DNA of 64,000 nucleotides, from NCBI GenBank assembly GCA_963791045.1, contig CAWBQK010000004.1:128008-192007 (forward strand). Direction: 5' to 3'. Numbering within the stretch: the first letter of the stretch is position 1; each line of letters starts with the position of its first letter. This document shows positions 9,869 to 18,801 of this stretch, piece after piece. The stretch comes from Candidatus Latescibacterota bacterium (GTDB lineage Bacteria > Krumholzibacteriota > Krumholzibacteriia > WVZY01). The notes beneath the pieces are model-generated. The model saw nothing but the letters and a program-made list of their open reading frames with translations. It did no database searches and had not been told where the DNA came from. Both the position numbers and the translations under genes were made by a program.

Positions 9869-11010
9869 AACCCCTCCCGCACCTGGCGCGCCAGCAGTTC
9901 CTTGAGATCAAGTATTGACCCGGGACGTGGACACTTGTTGTTATTCGTGAGAAAGCATCCCAGCGAATAGGGATCTCCGGGATGATAACCGTGCATTGCC
10001 GCAACGGGCTCCTGCCCCATGTAGCTCGGAACGATCAGCTTGCCCGGATCCACCAGAAAAATCACCTCGCCGTAGGCGTCGTCATCAAACCCGCAACCGA
10101 GCGATTCGAGTTCGGCGTCCGGGATCACCCGCCCCCAACGAGTCGAGTTCAGTTTTTCGATAAGATCGTCTTTAATACCGGGTTTGCACCAGAAACGCGC
10201 CATGGTCGAATCGTAAAACGACAGAAAATCCCGTCCCAACCGGAAGCCCCAACCCTCTATTGCGCTTTTCAGGTCAACTACCGTATCCACATCGGTCATC
10301 CCGTGGTCGCTAAAAAGGAAAAGACTCGCTTCCCTCCCGGCGTCCTCGGCCGCAGCGATGATTTTGCCTATGTAATCCTCGTATAGTCTTAACTTGTCAA
10401 TCACTTCGTCGTGACCGATGCCCACGCGGTGCATCAGGGCGTCAAGTTCGGCGGTGTAAAGAAACAACACGGATTCATCCGAGTCGACGGCCCGCAAAAG
10501 CGCTTCGAAATTCTCTTTTTCAGGAGTCTTGTAGGTCCATACACGATACCCGACATCTTCGCTCTCCAAACGGTCGAAGAACGACTCCTTCTTCAGGCCG
10601 CCGGCCGTATATGGGTCTCCACGCTGCGCCACATCGAAATAACCAAGCACGTTTAATGGAATTTCGTAGAGGTCGTAGTACCCTCTTATCGTTTTTCGTT
10701 TTTCAAGAAACCATTTTGTAACAACGCGCATTCGCCACTCCAGCGCATGCGGAAGTCTCGGGAGATATCGAAGCAGCTTGAAAGGAGAACGATCCGGAGC
10801 GTAGCGGTACATCGCCCAGGATCCATGAGCAGACGGTGGTGTGCCGCTAAGAAGCGACGGGATCGCCGCGGAGCTATACCCGAGGACGGTGTCTAGCGGT
10901 CCGCTCGACGGGAGAAGATTTTTGCAAAACCCCGTCCCGCGGACGATCTCCCAACCCAACGCATCAACGAGTACTATGACGGTGAGCGGGGCTCCCGGAG
11001 ACGGCGTCAT
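9865..11010 (-). CDS. Alkaline-phosphatase-superfamily nucleotide pyrophosphatase/phosphodiesterase-like protein, no signal peptide
   Basis: VLVDALGW, LGYSSAAIPSLLSG, ELDALMH, FSDHGM and MHGY metal-ligand motifs. Confidence 0.85.
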   Translation of the reverse strand: MTPSPGAPLTVIVLVDALGWEIVRGTGFCKNLLPSSGPLDTVLGYSSAAIPSLLSGTPPSAHGSWAMYRYAPDRSPFKLLRYLPRLPHALEWRMRVVTKWFLEKRKTIRGYYDLYEIPLNVLGYFDVAQRGDPYTAGGLKKESFFDRLESEDVGYRVWTYKTPEKENFEALLRAVDSDESVLFLYTAELDALMHRVGIGHDEVIDKLRLYEDYIGKIIAAAEDAGREASLFLFSDHGMTDVDTVVDLKSAIEGWGFRLGRDFLSFYDSTMARFWCKPGIKDDLIEKLNSTRWGRVIPDAELESLGCGFDDDAYGEVIFLVDPGKLIVPSYMGQEPVAAMHGYHPGDPYSLGCFLTNNNKCPRPGSILDLKELLARQVREGF

Positions 11011-12194
11011 GTGGTCTCCTTGAACATCTTTCGGCTTCGTTCGGAAAGCGCCCCTTCGGTGTACCCGAAAGATCTCGTCAATTCGTTCAAACAGCTCAAA
11101 TAACCGCTTTCGAGTTTCTTTACCCGAACGTTGGCCCCGGCAAAATTTTCTCCATCGTGCTCGAGCAGAACTTCGACGGCGCCCCAGAGTCGAAGCGACT
11201 CAACCGGCGAGTACCTCGACAGCCTGTCCGCGCGATTGATCAACCGGATCCGGGAAACCGACATTCTCTTGGCGAGGGCAAGAACTTCCCGAAGGTTGCT
11301 CTTCCAGCGACCCTTCCGGCAACGCCAGGCTATGAGATTCGCCCAGCTGCTCGTGTCACCCGCACCGAGTCTACCGGCGATCATCCGCCATACTTCGAGA
11401 AGAATCGACTCTGCTTCATCGCACGCTTCCGGCGGTCCTGCCCCGGGCTCTTCCGTGCCCGAGTAAAGCGCCTCGAGCGACGCCACACACTCGTCGAAAC
11501 ACGCGTCGGTTCCGGTCGGACAAAAAACATCTTTTTCGGATCCCGTCAGGATTGCACGGAAATCGGAAATCCGATCCGACCATTCGGTCGAATACCTGCC
11601 GAGCGTGATGAGAATCGCCGTAGCCACGTCTACACATGCTTTCAACCGTGTATAGCGAAGATAGCGTTCGATCTCGGCTGAACCACTCAATTCGAGCTGC
11701 GAGGCCAGGTCGCGAATTTCGGAGAGCCTGTTTTCAAGGATGTACATCGCTTCCGTCGGGTCGATTCGCGCAACCTCGAATATCTCAGCCTTTTTGGGAG
11801 TTTCCTCGTTTCCGAAGAGCAACGTATACCTGGGGAATATTTCCACCGTCCCCGGTCGCGATTTCTGCGCGAGGAAATCTTCTATTGAAAACACACCAAT
11901 ATCAGGCTCAGGAAAAATCCTGAACCTCTCCCCCGTTCGAGCAATCTCTGCTAAGGCATTCCGAACTCGTCCCCGCGCGTTTTCGAGGCCGATGCTGTCT
12001 TTGATGATGACGTAGATATCGAGATCGGAGTAGATCTCAAGGGTGTCAGATTGCAGACTGGACGCGACCCGATTACGAGGCACACTGCCCGCCATGAATA
12101 TCGAGTCGATATTGTCTTTTCCAAGAATGTCGAGAATCGTCCGAACGATTTGTTGGGCGAAGTTGGAGAGAATCTGGTTGGCTTTGGAATTCAT
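11007..12194 (-). CDS. Pol-beta-superfamily nucleotidyltransferase domain protein with helical C-terminus
   Basis: SIFMAGS...YSDLDIYVI...EPDIGV (hGS, DxD, third Asp). Confidence 0.7.
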   Translation of the reverse strand: MNSKANQILSNFAQQIVRTILDILGKDNIDSIFMAGSVPRNRVASSLQSDTLEIYSDLDIYVIIKDSIGLENARGRVRNALAEIARTGERFRIFPEPDIGVFSIEDFLAQKSRPGTVEIFPRYTLLFGNEETPKKAEIFEVARIDPTEAMYILENRLSEIRDLASQLELSGSAEIERYLRYTRLKACVDVATAILITLGRYSTEWSDRISDFRAILTGSEKDVFCPTGTDACFDECVASLEALYSGTEEPGAGPPEACDEAESILLEVWRMIAGRLGAGDTSSWANLIAWRCRKGRWKSNLREVLALAKRMSVSRIRLINRADRLSRYSPVESLRLWGAVEVLLEHDGENFAGANVRVKKLESGYLSCLNELTRSFGYTEGALSERSRKMFKETT

Positions 12195-12245
12195 TGGAGT
12201 CGCTGACCGTCGATCGGCTCGAAAGTGCTGAACACACTCGGCAAG

Positions 12246-13031
12246 CTAAATACGCCGATAGATAAAGTCAGGTATGTAATACCTTTTACGGTTGAGAACA
12301 ACTCCCAACATTCTTCCATTGAAGTTCTTAATTGACTCGATGGCGCGTGCGACGGCCTCCCTCTTTGTCCTTCCCGAATGCACAACCATTACAACGCCGT
12401 CGACAAACTCCGCCATCGGTGGTGTCTCCGGCGCGCTCAGCACCGGCGGCGCATCGACAATTATCGTATCAAAATTCTTCAGCGCCTCCGCGAGAAGCCT
12501 CGGAAATACCTTGTTCAGGTGAAGTTGAATGACGGTTGCATCCTGGTGTCCTACATGTAAAACACAAAGGGCGTCCTCTTCGGTTCTCTGAACGAGCTCC
12601 GCGAGGCCGTTGCCCGAGGTAAAATACTCGGTGATCCCCGATTCGCCGTTTGTCGAGAAAACATCCGAAAAAGTTGGTCTCCGCGCGTTCATCTCGCACA
12701 CAAGAACCCGCTCGTCGCCCTGCATGGCCAGGATCTTGGCGAAATTCGCGGCAATCGTCGTCGTGCCCTCACCACCCATCGCACTAGTAAAGAGAATCAC
12801 TCTTTTGGTTTTGCCGGCCAGTTCCACCTCAATCGAGTTACGAAGAATTCCGAGCTGGCGCAGAAGCTCGTCGGAAAATCCGGCTGTTTCCGCCACGCGG
12901 TGGGTATTCTCCCGGGATGCCGATGGACGCGGCGTCTGTTGCGTGACGCTCTCGGCGGTAGATTTCGAGTCCTCGGCACGTTTACGCCTCTCATCCTCGG
13001 CCCGGCGCATCGAATCGAACATTTTACTCAT
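12246..13031 (-). CDS. CpsD/CapB-family tyrosine-kinase-like P-loop protein with degenerate motifs
   Basis: FTSAMGGEGTTT, VLVCEMNARRP, IIVDAPP, GVVLNRKRYYIPDFIY. Confidence 0.85.
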   Translation of the reverse strand: MSKMFDSMRRAEDERRKRAEDSKSTAESVTQQTPRPSASRENTHRVAETAGFSDELLRQLGILRNSIEVELAGKTKRVILFTSAMGGEGTTTIAANFAKILAMQGDERVLVCEMNARRPTFSDVFSTNGESGITEYFTSGNGLAELVQRTEEDALCVLHVGHQDATVIQLHLNKVFPRLLAEALKNFDTIIVDAPPVLSAPETPPMAEFVDGVVMVVHSGRTKREAVARAIESIKNFNGRMLGVVLNRKRYYIPDFIYRRI

Positions 13032-13873
13032 GCAGCACCTCCGGATTCAGCTCGCCATTCCTGGACGCCGCCACTGAGTTCATTCGCCGTTGCTTCAACC
13101 ATATCCACTCCGATTGTCGTACTCCGCTGAAGACATCCGCGCACCATCACCTGGTCACAAATTGTGTTGATTAGTCTTGGGATGCCACCGGAGTATTCAA
13201 AGATCGCCCGCTGAGCGTCCGACGTAAACTTGATATTTCCATTCGACATTCCTGCCGTCCTCAGCCTGAAATCTATATACTCCTCGACTTCGCGAGCCCT
13301 CAAGTTTCTCATCTCGAGAACACCGGGGATTCTCTGTCGGAGCTGTCGAAGGCTTCTCTTTGTCAGCATCTCGGCCAGCTCCGGTTGCCCGACGAGAACG
13401 ATCTGGACGAGTTTTTGTTGATCGGTTTCAAGGTTCGAAAGCAGTCGCAACTCTTCCAAAACCTCCGGCGCCAGGTTTTGCGCCTCATCGATAACGATAA
13501 CGGGGTTCTGGTGCTGCGCGAAACGATCGATAAGAAACGAATTCAAACGACTAAGCATCTTAACTTTGCTCGTGTCTTCAATCTCTATTCCAAAATCCTG
13601 AAGGATCAAATAAAGCATTTCCTCGAAGTTCACGTTTGTGTTCAGCACAAAAGCAACCTCAAGGCACGGGTGAAAAGTGTGCACAAAAGCTCGTACGATC
13701 GTCGTCTTGCCAATCCCCACTTCACCGGTAACAGCCAGGAAGCCCTTTTTGCCAAAAAGCCCGTAAGCCACGTACGCGAGAGCCTCGCGATGCCCTTGAC
13801 TCCGATATAGAAATCTCGGATCGGGAGTTGACCCGAAGGGCGGTTCGTTTAGATGATAAAAGGCTTCGTACAT
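13028..13873 (-). CDS. ExeA/GspA-like AAA ATPase
   Basis: MYEAFYHLNEPPFGSTPDPRFLY, GEVGIGKTT, IDEAQNL, LVGQPEL, SGGIPRLIN; start moved to ATG 13873. Confidence 0.9.
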   Translation of the reverse strand: MYEAFYHLNEPPFGSTPDPRFLYRSQGHREALAYVAYGLFGKKGFLAVTGEVGIGKTTIVRAFVHTFHPCLEVAFVLNTNVNFEEMLYLILQDFGIEIEDTSKVKMLSRLNSFLIDRFAQHQNPVIVIDEAQNLAPEVLEELRLLSNLETDQQKLVQIVLVGQPELAEMLTKRSLRQLRQRIPGVLEMRNLRAREVEEYIDFRLRTAGMSNGNIKFTSDAQRAIFEYSGGIPRLINTICDQVMVRGCLQRSTTIGVDMVEATANELSGGVQEWRAESGGAA

Positions 13874-13874
13874 G

Positions 13875-15257
13875 CTACTTCTTTTCGGATATCTCCGTAA
13901 TCGTCGCAAGAACCCTCGATCCAATATACTCTTCGACTTCCGCGGGATTCTTCAGCGAGTGATCCATACTCTCGAAGAAAAACGCGAGACCCAGGGCGAC
14001 GATAATGCTCAAAAAAGGACCGACTGCTAAACGGATGACATCGCCGCTCCGACGCGGCCAGGCCTTCCCCGGCGGCGTCAGAGTCGTCACCTCGAAATCG
14101 CTCCTCGACGCAACGGCGATCTCCGCTTCGTTCTGTCTTTTCAGCAGCGTCTGGTATTTGTTCTCATAAGCGGTAATCTTGCTTTCGATCCGAGAGAGTT
14201 CTTTTTGTTTTTCTGGAACACCCGTAATCTGTCCTTCGATCCGAGCGACATCCGCCTCCAGCGACCTCTGTTTGGCCGACAGGGCTTCATACTTCGAGAT
14301 CGCAGCCTCGTGAGCGTTGACGATTTCCTGTGACAACTGCGATCGAAGATCCGAGATCTGATTGTCGACAGAAATAATCGAGGGGTGTTTCTCCGTGTAC
14401 TTCGTCAGCAATTCTTCCCTGTCGGACATGGCCTTCTGGAGCGCAAAACGAATATCCGTCAAAATTCTTGATTGAATCGGCCCGTCCGAGGTCGTGGTCG
14501 ATAACTTATCTTCGAGAACTTCGGCGGGCAACTGCGTCAGCTCCTCGAGCCTTTTGACGCGGATCATCTGCGCGGACAACTCACTTCTATTATCGGCGAC
14601 CGCAACCTCCAGACGCGAGAGTTGGAACATCAGGTGATTGCCTTCTTCGGTCACACCGAGGTATTCCTCCCCCTGCAGAAACTCGCTCTTTCGCCGCCTC
14701 CATTCCGTGACCTCTGTGAGCGCTCCGTCGATCTCCGATTCAAAAAAATCAGTTACCGCGGGCGGCGCGCTTTTCTTTTCGTAATATGCGATATAAGCAT
14801 TCGTAACCGCCGCACAGCCGTATTGGCACTCGATGGGATCGAGTCCTGAGTATCCAATCAAGATTACGTTGGACTCGCCGACCACGTCGGCCCGCACCGA
14901 CCCAGCGTTAAAACTGCGGGTGCCTTCGAGGTTATTTGCCTTTAACGAATCGGCGAAAATCCTGCGCGCCTCTCCAAAAACCGCTTCGGAAAGGATAACC
15001 TCGAGCTGGGAGCTCATCTCCTCGGCCCAACCGAGATATCGCGCGTTCGCATCGAACACGGTTGACCGCTCTCCCCTCTGGACAAGAATTCGCGCGCTTG
15101 CCGAATATGTGAGCGGCTTCGAGACTTTCATAAAAAAGATGAAGAAAGTCGTAAGACCGAAAATCGCAATAATGAGGTATTTCCAGCGAAACACAACATT
15201 GAGGAAGTCCCTCAGCGTCGCTTCTTGTTTTTTTACATCGTAGTCAGCCATAGCCAC
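13875..15257 (-). CDS. Polysaccharide chain-length determinant / co-polymerase (Wzz/GumC/Wzc N-part)
   Basis: Two terminal TM helices, coiled coil, KYTEKHPSI, ESMDHSLKNPAEVEEYIG; alternative start ATG 15251. Confidence 0.88.
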   Translation of the reverse strand: MAMADYDVKKQEATLRDFLNVVFRWKYLIIAIFGLTTFFIFFMKVSKPLTYSASARILVQRGERSTVFDANARYLGWAEEMSSQLEVILSEAVFGEARRIFADSLKANNLEGTRSFNAGSVRADVVGESNVILIGYSGLDPIECQYGCAAVTNAYIAYYEKKSAPPAVTDFFESEIDGALTEVTEWRRRKSEFLQGEEYLGVTEEGNHLMFQLSRLEVAVADNRSELSAQMIRVKRLEELTQLPAEVLEDKLSTTTSDGPIQSRILTDIRFALQKAMSDREELLTKYTEKHPSIISVDNQISDLRSQLSQEIVNAHEAAISKYEALSAKQRSLEADVARIEGQITGVPEKQKELSRIESKITAYENKYQTLLKRQNEAEIAVASRSDFEVTTLTPPGKAWPRRSGDVIRLAVGPFLSIIVALGLAFFFESMDHSLKNPAEVEEYIGSRVLATITEISEKK

Positions 15258-15290
15258 ATTTCGAAGAGGTCGATCTTCACGACCGTCCGT

Positions 15291-16061
15291 CTATCTTGCT
15301 CTGATATACTCGTATTGATCTTGCAACGTCTTTATTTGCCAGCCTCTGAACATGATATCAACCGGCGGGCGGATTATCTCGTCGACCGTGGTCATAAATT
15401 CAGCGGCCGACTCGAGGCGTGTCTTGGGAACATAAACAATGTCATAATTTCTCAACCAGAAGTCGTTGCCCACGTTGTAACCGCTGGTGATTGCATCAAG
15501 ATTGATTTCGATCCCGACGATCTTGTCGAGGCCCTCCCGCCTGATAATAACGACGTGCTTCGATTTCGCGCCTCGTTTGAACCCACCAGCCTCCGCAACC
15601 GCGTGCAACAGAGAAATCCTCGTCTCGTAGTCAAACCCGCCGGCCCGGTTCACCTGTCCAAGGACATAGACAATTTTATCGGCGGGGTCGGCCACGATTA
15701 CCGACAAATTTGGTTCACGCAGCACCTCGGAGAACTCGGCGGTCAGCGTGGAATCAAGCTGCATCGGGGTTAACCCCGCAGCCATAACGTCGCCGACATA
15801 CGGCAACGTGATCCGGCCGTCCGAACGGACAAGAAGTCCGTTGGTCGTCAATTCGCGGTGGATAAAAAACACAACGTCGAGCTTGTCTCCAACCGCAATG
15901 TAATACTCGTTTTCCTGCTCTGGAGCACTGGTGTCGACCAGGAACTCGCCGAGCTCTTTGTCTGTATATAAGTCGCCCCGAGGCTCCAGCTGCTCGTTGT
16001 TCGATGCGCAGCCCAACCCCACCGCGAGGACGATAACAAGCGTGATAAATATACGGCCCAT
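15291..16061 (-). CDS. wza: Polysaccharide export lipoprotein
   Basis: Lipobox LGC, YYIAVGDKL, VRSDGRITLPYVGDV, VYVLGQVNRAG, DIVYVPK. Confidence 0.88.
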   Translation of the reverse strand: MGRIFITLVIVLAVGLGCASNNEQLEPRGDLYTDKELGEFLVDTSAPEQENEYYIAVGDKLDVVFFIHRELTTNGLLVRSDGRITLPYVGDVMAAGLTPMQLDSTLTAEFSEVLREPNLSVIVADPADKIVYVLGQVNRAGGFDYETRISLLHAVAEAGGFKRGAKSKHVVIIRREGLDKIVGIEINLDAITSGYNVGNDFWLRNYDIVYVPKTRLESAAEFMTTVDEIIRPPVDIMFRGWQIKTLQDQYEYIRAR

Positions 16062-16162
16062 AACACCCTAGAAGATAATCAAAAACGTTAAAAAAATGAA
16101 GAGGTTACACAGCTTTCTACGTCACCCCCCGGCGGGGTGCTCCGAGAAATACCTCCGACCCA

Positions 16163-16175
16163 CAACTGATTGATT
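16163..16175 (-). promoter_or_regulatory. IHF-binding consensus site
   Basis: AATCAATCAGTTG is an exact match to WATCAANNNNTTR, 45 bp from a sigma54 motif. Confidence 0.5.
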
Positions 16176-16220
16176 TTGACTAAGTTATCAAGCGAGACTA
16201 TAGCTGTCAAAAGGAAAAGA

Positions 16221-16236
16221 GGCAATTTGCATGCCA
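16221..16236 (-). promoter_or_regulatory. Sigma54 (-24/-12) promoter for the wza operon
   Basis: TGGCATGCAAATTGCC matches TGGCAYRNNNNTTGC; 160 bp upstream of wza. Confidence 0.75.
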
Positions 16237-16243
16237 GCTCTAT

Positions 16244-16954
16244 TTAGTAGGCTCCTTTTCTCGCGATCACCGCGGGGATGGTTTTCAGGAAAATGGCGAG
16301 GTCTGTACGGAAGCTACGGTGCTTGATGTACTCCATATCCAGCCGCATCCACTCGTTGAAACTTAGCTGGCTGCGCCCCGAAATCTGCCACAGGCAAGTA
16401 ATTCCAGGTGTGACTTCGAGCCGTCGCAGGTGCCAAGGCTGGTAGTTTTCGACTTCGCTGGGCAGCGGCGGGCGCGGTCCCACGATACTCATATCGCCGC
16501 GAACAACATTGAAGATCTGTGGTATCTCGTCGAGACTCGATCGCCTGAGGAATCTCCCCACACTGGTTATCCGAGGATCGGTCCGGACCTTAAAGATCGG
16601 CCCGTCCTTCTCGTTGAGCGACTCGATTTCGTCTTTTTGCCTGTCGGCGTCCTGCCGCATCGATCGGAACTTATAGAATTTGAATAGCTTCCCATTCTTG
16701 CCAACACGGTCCTGTTTGAAGAACACGGGTCCCGGTGTATCCAACTTGATCATCACGGCGAGGACCGGAATGATTGGAATCAGCAGTATCAACGCGGCAA
16801 ACGACACTCCGACATCGAAAATCCGCTTGGCGAGAAGATACAAAAATGGCTCGCGCACTTCAAAATCCTGCCCCAGCGCCGCCTCGACTGCTCCGGACGA
16901 TGCCTGGAAACTCCTGTGTTCAATCTCTTGCTGTGTACTCATAAGATCACTCAA
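16244..16954 (-). CDS. Priming sugar-1-phosphate transferase (second copy)
   Basis: KRIFDV, YKFRSM, DPRITSVGRFLRRSSLDEIPQ, VGPRP, PGITCLWQISGRS; alternative start ATG 16942. Confidence 0.93.
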   Translation of the reverse strand: MSDLMSTQQEIEHRSFQASSGAVEAALGQDFEVREPFLYLLAKRIFDVGVSFAALILLIPIIPVLAVMIKLDTPGPVFFKQDRVGKNGKLFKFYKFRSMRQDADRQKDEIESLNEKDGPIFKVRTDPRITSVGRFLRRSSLDEIPQIFNVVRGDMSIVGPRPPLPSEVENYQPWHLRRLEVTPGITCLWQISGRSQLSFNEWMRLDMEYIKHRSFRTDLAIFLKTIPAVIARKGAY

Positions 16955-17187
16955 GCCGGTGTATATGATTTAATTGCAAATAGATCTCGTTAAACAGCAC
17001 ACGAAAACCGCACCCAGAATGGAAAAGAATGCGGCCAAAAAAATACCCCAGAACCTCCTGTTGCGGTCTTCGACTAGAACCTGTCTCGACGCTTTCCACT
17101 AAAGCGCCGCGCTACGACAATTTGGCTCTCAGCAAACTCAAGACCTTAACAGTAATCTAGGGCATACCTCCGTTTAGTATCCCCCGT

Positions 17188-17216
17188 ATAGTACCATTTC
17201 GAAGGGGTTTTGTCAA
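17188..17216 (-). promoter_or_regulatory. Sigma70-type promoter
   Basis: TTGACA-17 nt-TACTAT with extended TG. Confidence 0.75.
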
Positions 17217-17249
17217 GCCGCACGGCGCCGCGCGAAACCTCCCAAGTGG

Positions 17250-18737
17250 TCACGTCGTGACGCTTTCCCCTGCTTCGTCGTCCCGTGACGAGGAGTTATA
17301 TTCCCTGATACGTCGATCGAGGATCTTGCCCGCCGCCACTGTCAGTCCAAAGATCATCCAAACAATATATATATATACGAAATCAGTATGTCGCTGATGG
17401 TCCGTACGGAATTGCCCCACCAGGAACATCGCCAGGATGACGTGAATCGCGCCCATCCCAACACCCAGAAAAGTCTCCCGAGCCAGCGGATGGGAATACC
17501 GCATCGATATTCTGAATAACTTGTAAGCAATACCTATGAAAGCGCCAAGCCCCAACAGGCCCAGGGTATAGAAGTAGAAGAGATAGCCGTTGTGCGGCCA
17601 GAATGTGCGGACAAGCCCCTTCCCGGTTTGATAGTACGGACCGTGACCGATGAACACGTGATCGAAACAGGCTTTGAACACCTCCTCCCAGATGCCTACC
17701 CGGCTATCGGGAACCATCCCCTCGAACTGCGTTCCCAAAATCCGGTCAGTTGCCGATGCCGCCAGGGTAAACTGATCCAGCGCGGTCTGTGTCACGCCAA
17801 AAACAAGAACCACCGCGGCAATAATCATCACATAGCGGAACAAAGTCATATAATGCCGAAACACAAAGAGCGAGTAGGCGAACCCGAAAGCCACGCTGAC
17901 CACGGCGCCGCGGTTAGCCGTCGAGAGAAGAACGGCGAATGTCATGACACCCACGCCGGCCCAAAACAACTTCTCGATGATATTCCTGGATCGGATAAAA
18001 TGTATTACCATTAACAGAAGCGAGAACGAAGAGTAGTCCGACAGAATGCTGTGTGAGCCGACCGCCCCTCCAACCCGGATGCCCTCGATGCGGTATCCGA
18101 GAGTTCCCTCCCCCAATCGGCTTTGAAACTCGATCCAACCGGGAATCAAGACGAGCCCGGGAAAAAACAACTCCATCAATCCCGTGAAAGCAACAAACCC
18201 CCCGGATATCGCGACGACTTTGGTCGTGGCAGTGAACGTCTTTTCCGTGTCCACAAACATCACGATGAGATAGAAGAAAGATATGGCCGTCAACTGCCGC
18301 CAGATAAGCTTGACGCCCTCGCTTATCCCGACATTTGTCTCGACGTTGAAGAGTGACAACACATAGGCAAGCAAAAATAGGGCGATCCACCTGTCCACGG
18401 AGGTTCTTTCGAAGAGCTTCTGCCCCGTGGCGCGCGAGCGGATGATCCACATGAGAGTGATGAGGGTCATCAGGATGATATTCGTGCTCGTCAGCACCAG
18501 TCCGCTCGGGAACGGGAACATCACGATAAAGAAATATATCGTGTAAATCATTTCGAACTTGAGGAGGGCGCCGATCACGACAAGGAGGAGAACGGCCTTG
18601 ATCATCCGGTGCTGCGGCCTGACGACCTGTTTGCTCAGGATATACGAGGACGCCATCATGACGACCGATATTGGAACGATCCGCCAGAACCAACTGGACA
18701 CAAACCGCCGCACGTTGTCAAACGTATCCAACCGCAA
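17250..18737 (-). CDS. O-antigen ligase / Wzy polymerase family membrane protein
   Basis: Many TM helices, STANRGA, SRVGIW, FIGHG, WPHNGYL. Confidence 0.85.
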   Translation of the reverse strand: MRLDTFDNVRRFVSSWFWRIVPISVVMMASSYILSKQVVRPQHRMIKAVLLLVVIGALLKFEMIYTIYFFIVMFPFPSGLVLTSTNIILMTLITLMWIIRSRATGQKLFERTSVDRWIALFLLAYVLSLFNVETNVGISEGVKLIWRQLTAISFFYLIVMFVDTEKTFTATTKVVAISGGFVAFTGLMELFFPGLVLIPGWIEFQSRLGEGTLGYRIEGIRVGGAVGSHSILSDYSSFSLLLMVIHFIRSRNIIEKLFWAGVGVMTFAVLLSTANRGAVVSVAFGFAYSLFVFRHYMTLFRYVMIIAAVVLVFGVTQTALDQFTLAASATDRILGTQFEGMVPDSRVGIWEEVFKACFDHVFIGHGPYYQTGKGLVRTFWPHNGYLFYFYTLGLLGLGAFIGIAYKLFRISMRYSHPLARETFLGVGMGAIHVILAMFLVGQFRTDHQRHTDFVYIYIVWMIFGLTVAAGKILDRRIREYNSSSRDDEAGESVTT

Positions 18738-18801
18738 CGCACGTTCCTTTCATCCGAGCCGTCGAGATACTCAACCGATGAGTTCCCGTCCAGCAGGCCC
18801 G

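Noticed and set aside
11007..12194. NTase as a CBASS cyclase or MNT-HEPN antitoxin
   Set aside because: No effector, Cap or toxin gene nearby; embedded among polysaccharide genes
12246..16061. Calling the locus a PEP-CTERM/exosortase system
   Set aside because: The ExeA-like ATPase and sigma54 site are suggestive, but no exosortase, PrsKR or PEP-CTERM protein is in the window
17108..17119. ops/JUMPstart-like GTCGTAGCGCG in the EPS leader
   Set aside because: Only a partial match to GGCGGTAG, and no RfaH/UpxY gene in the window
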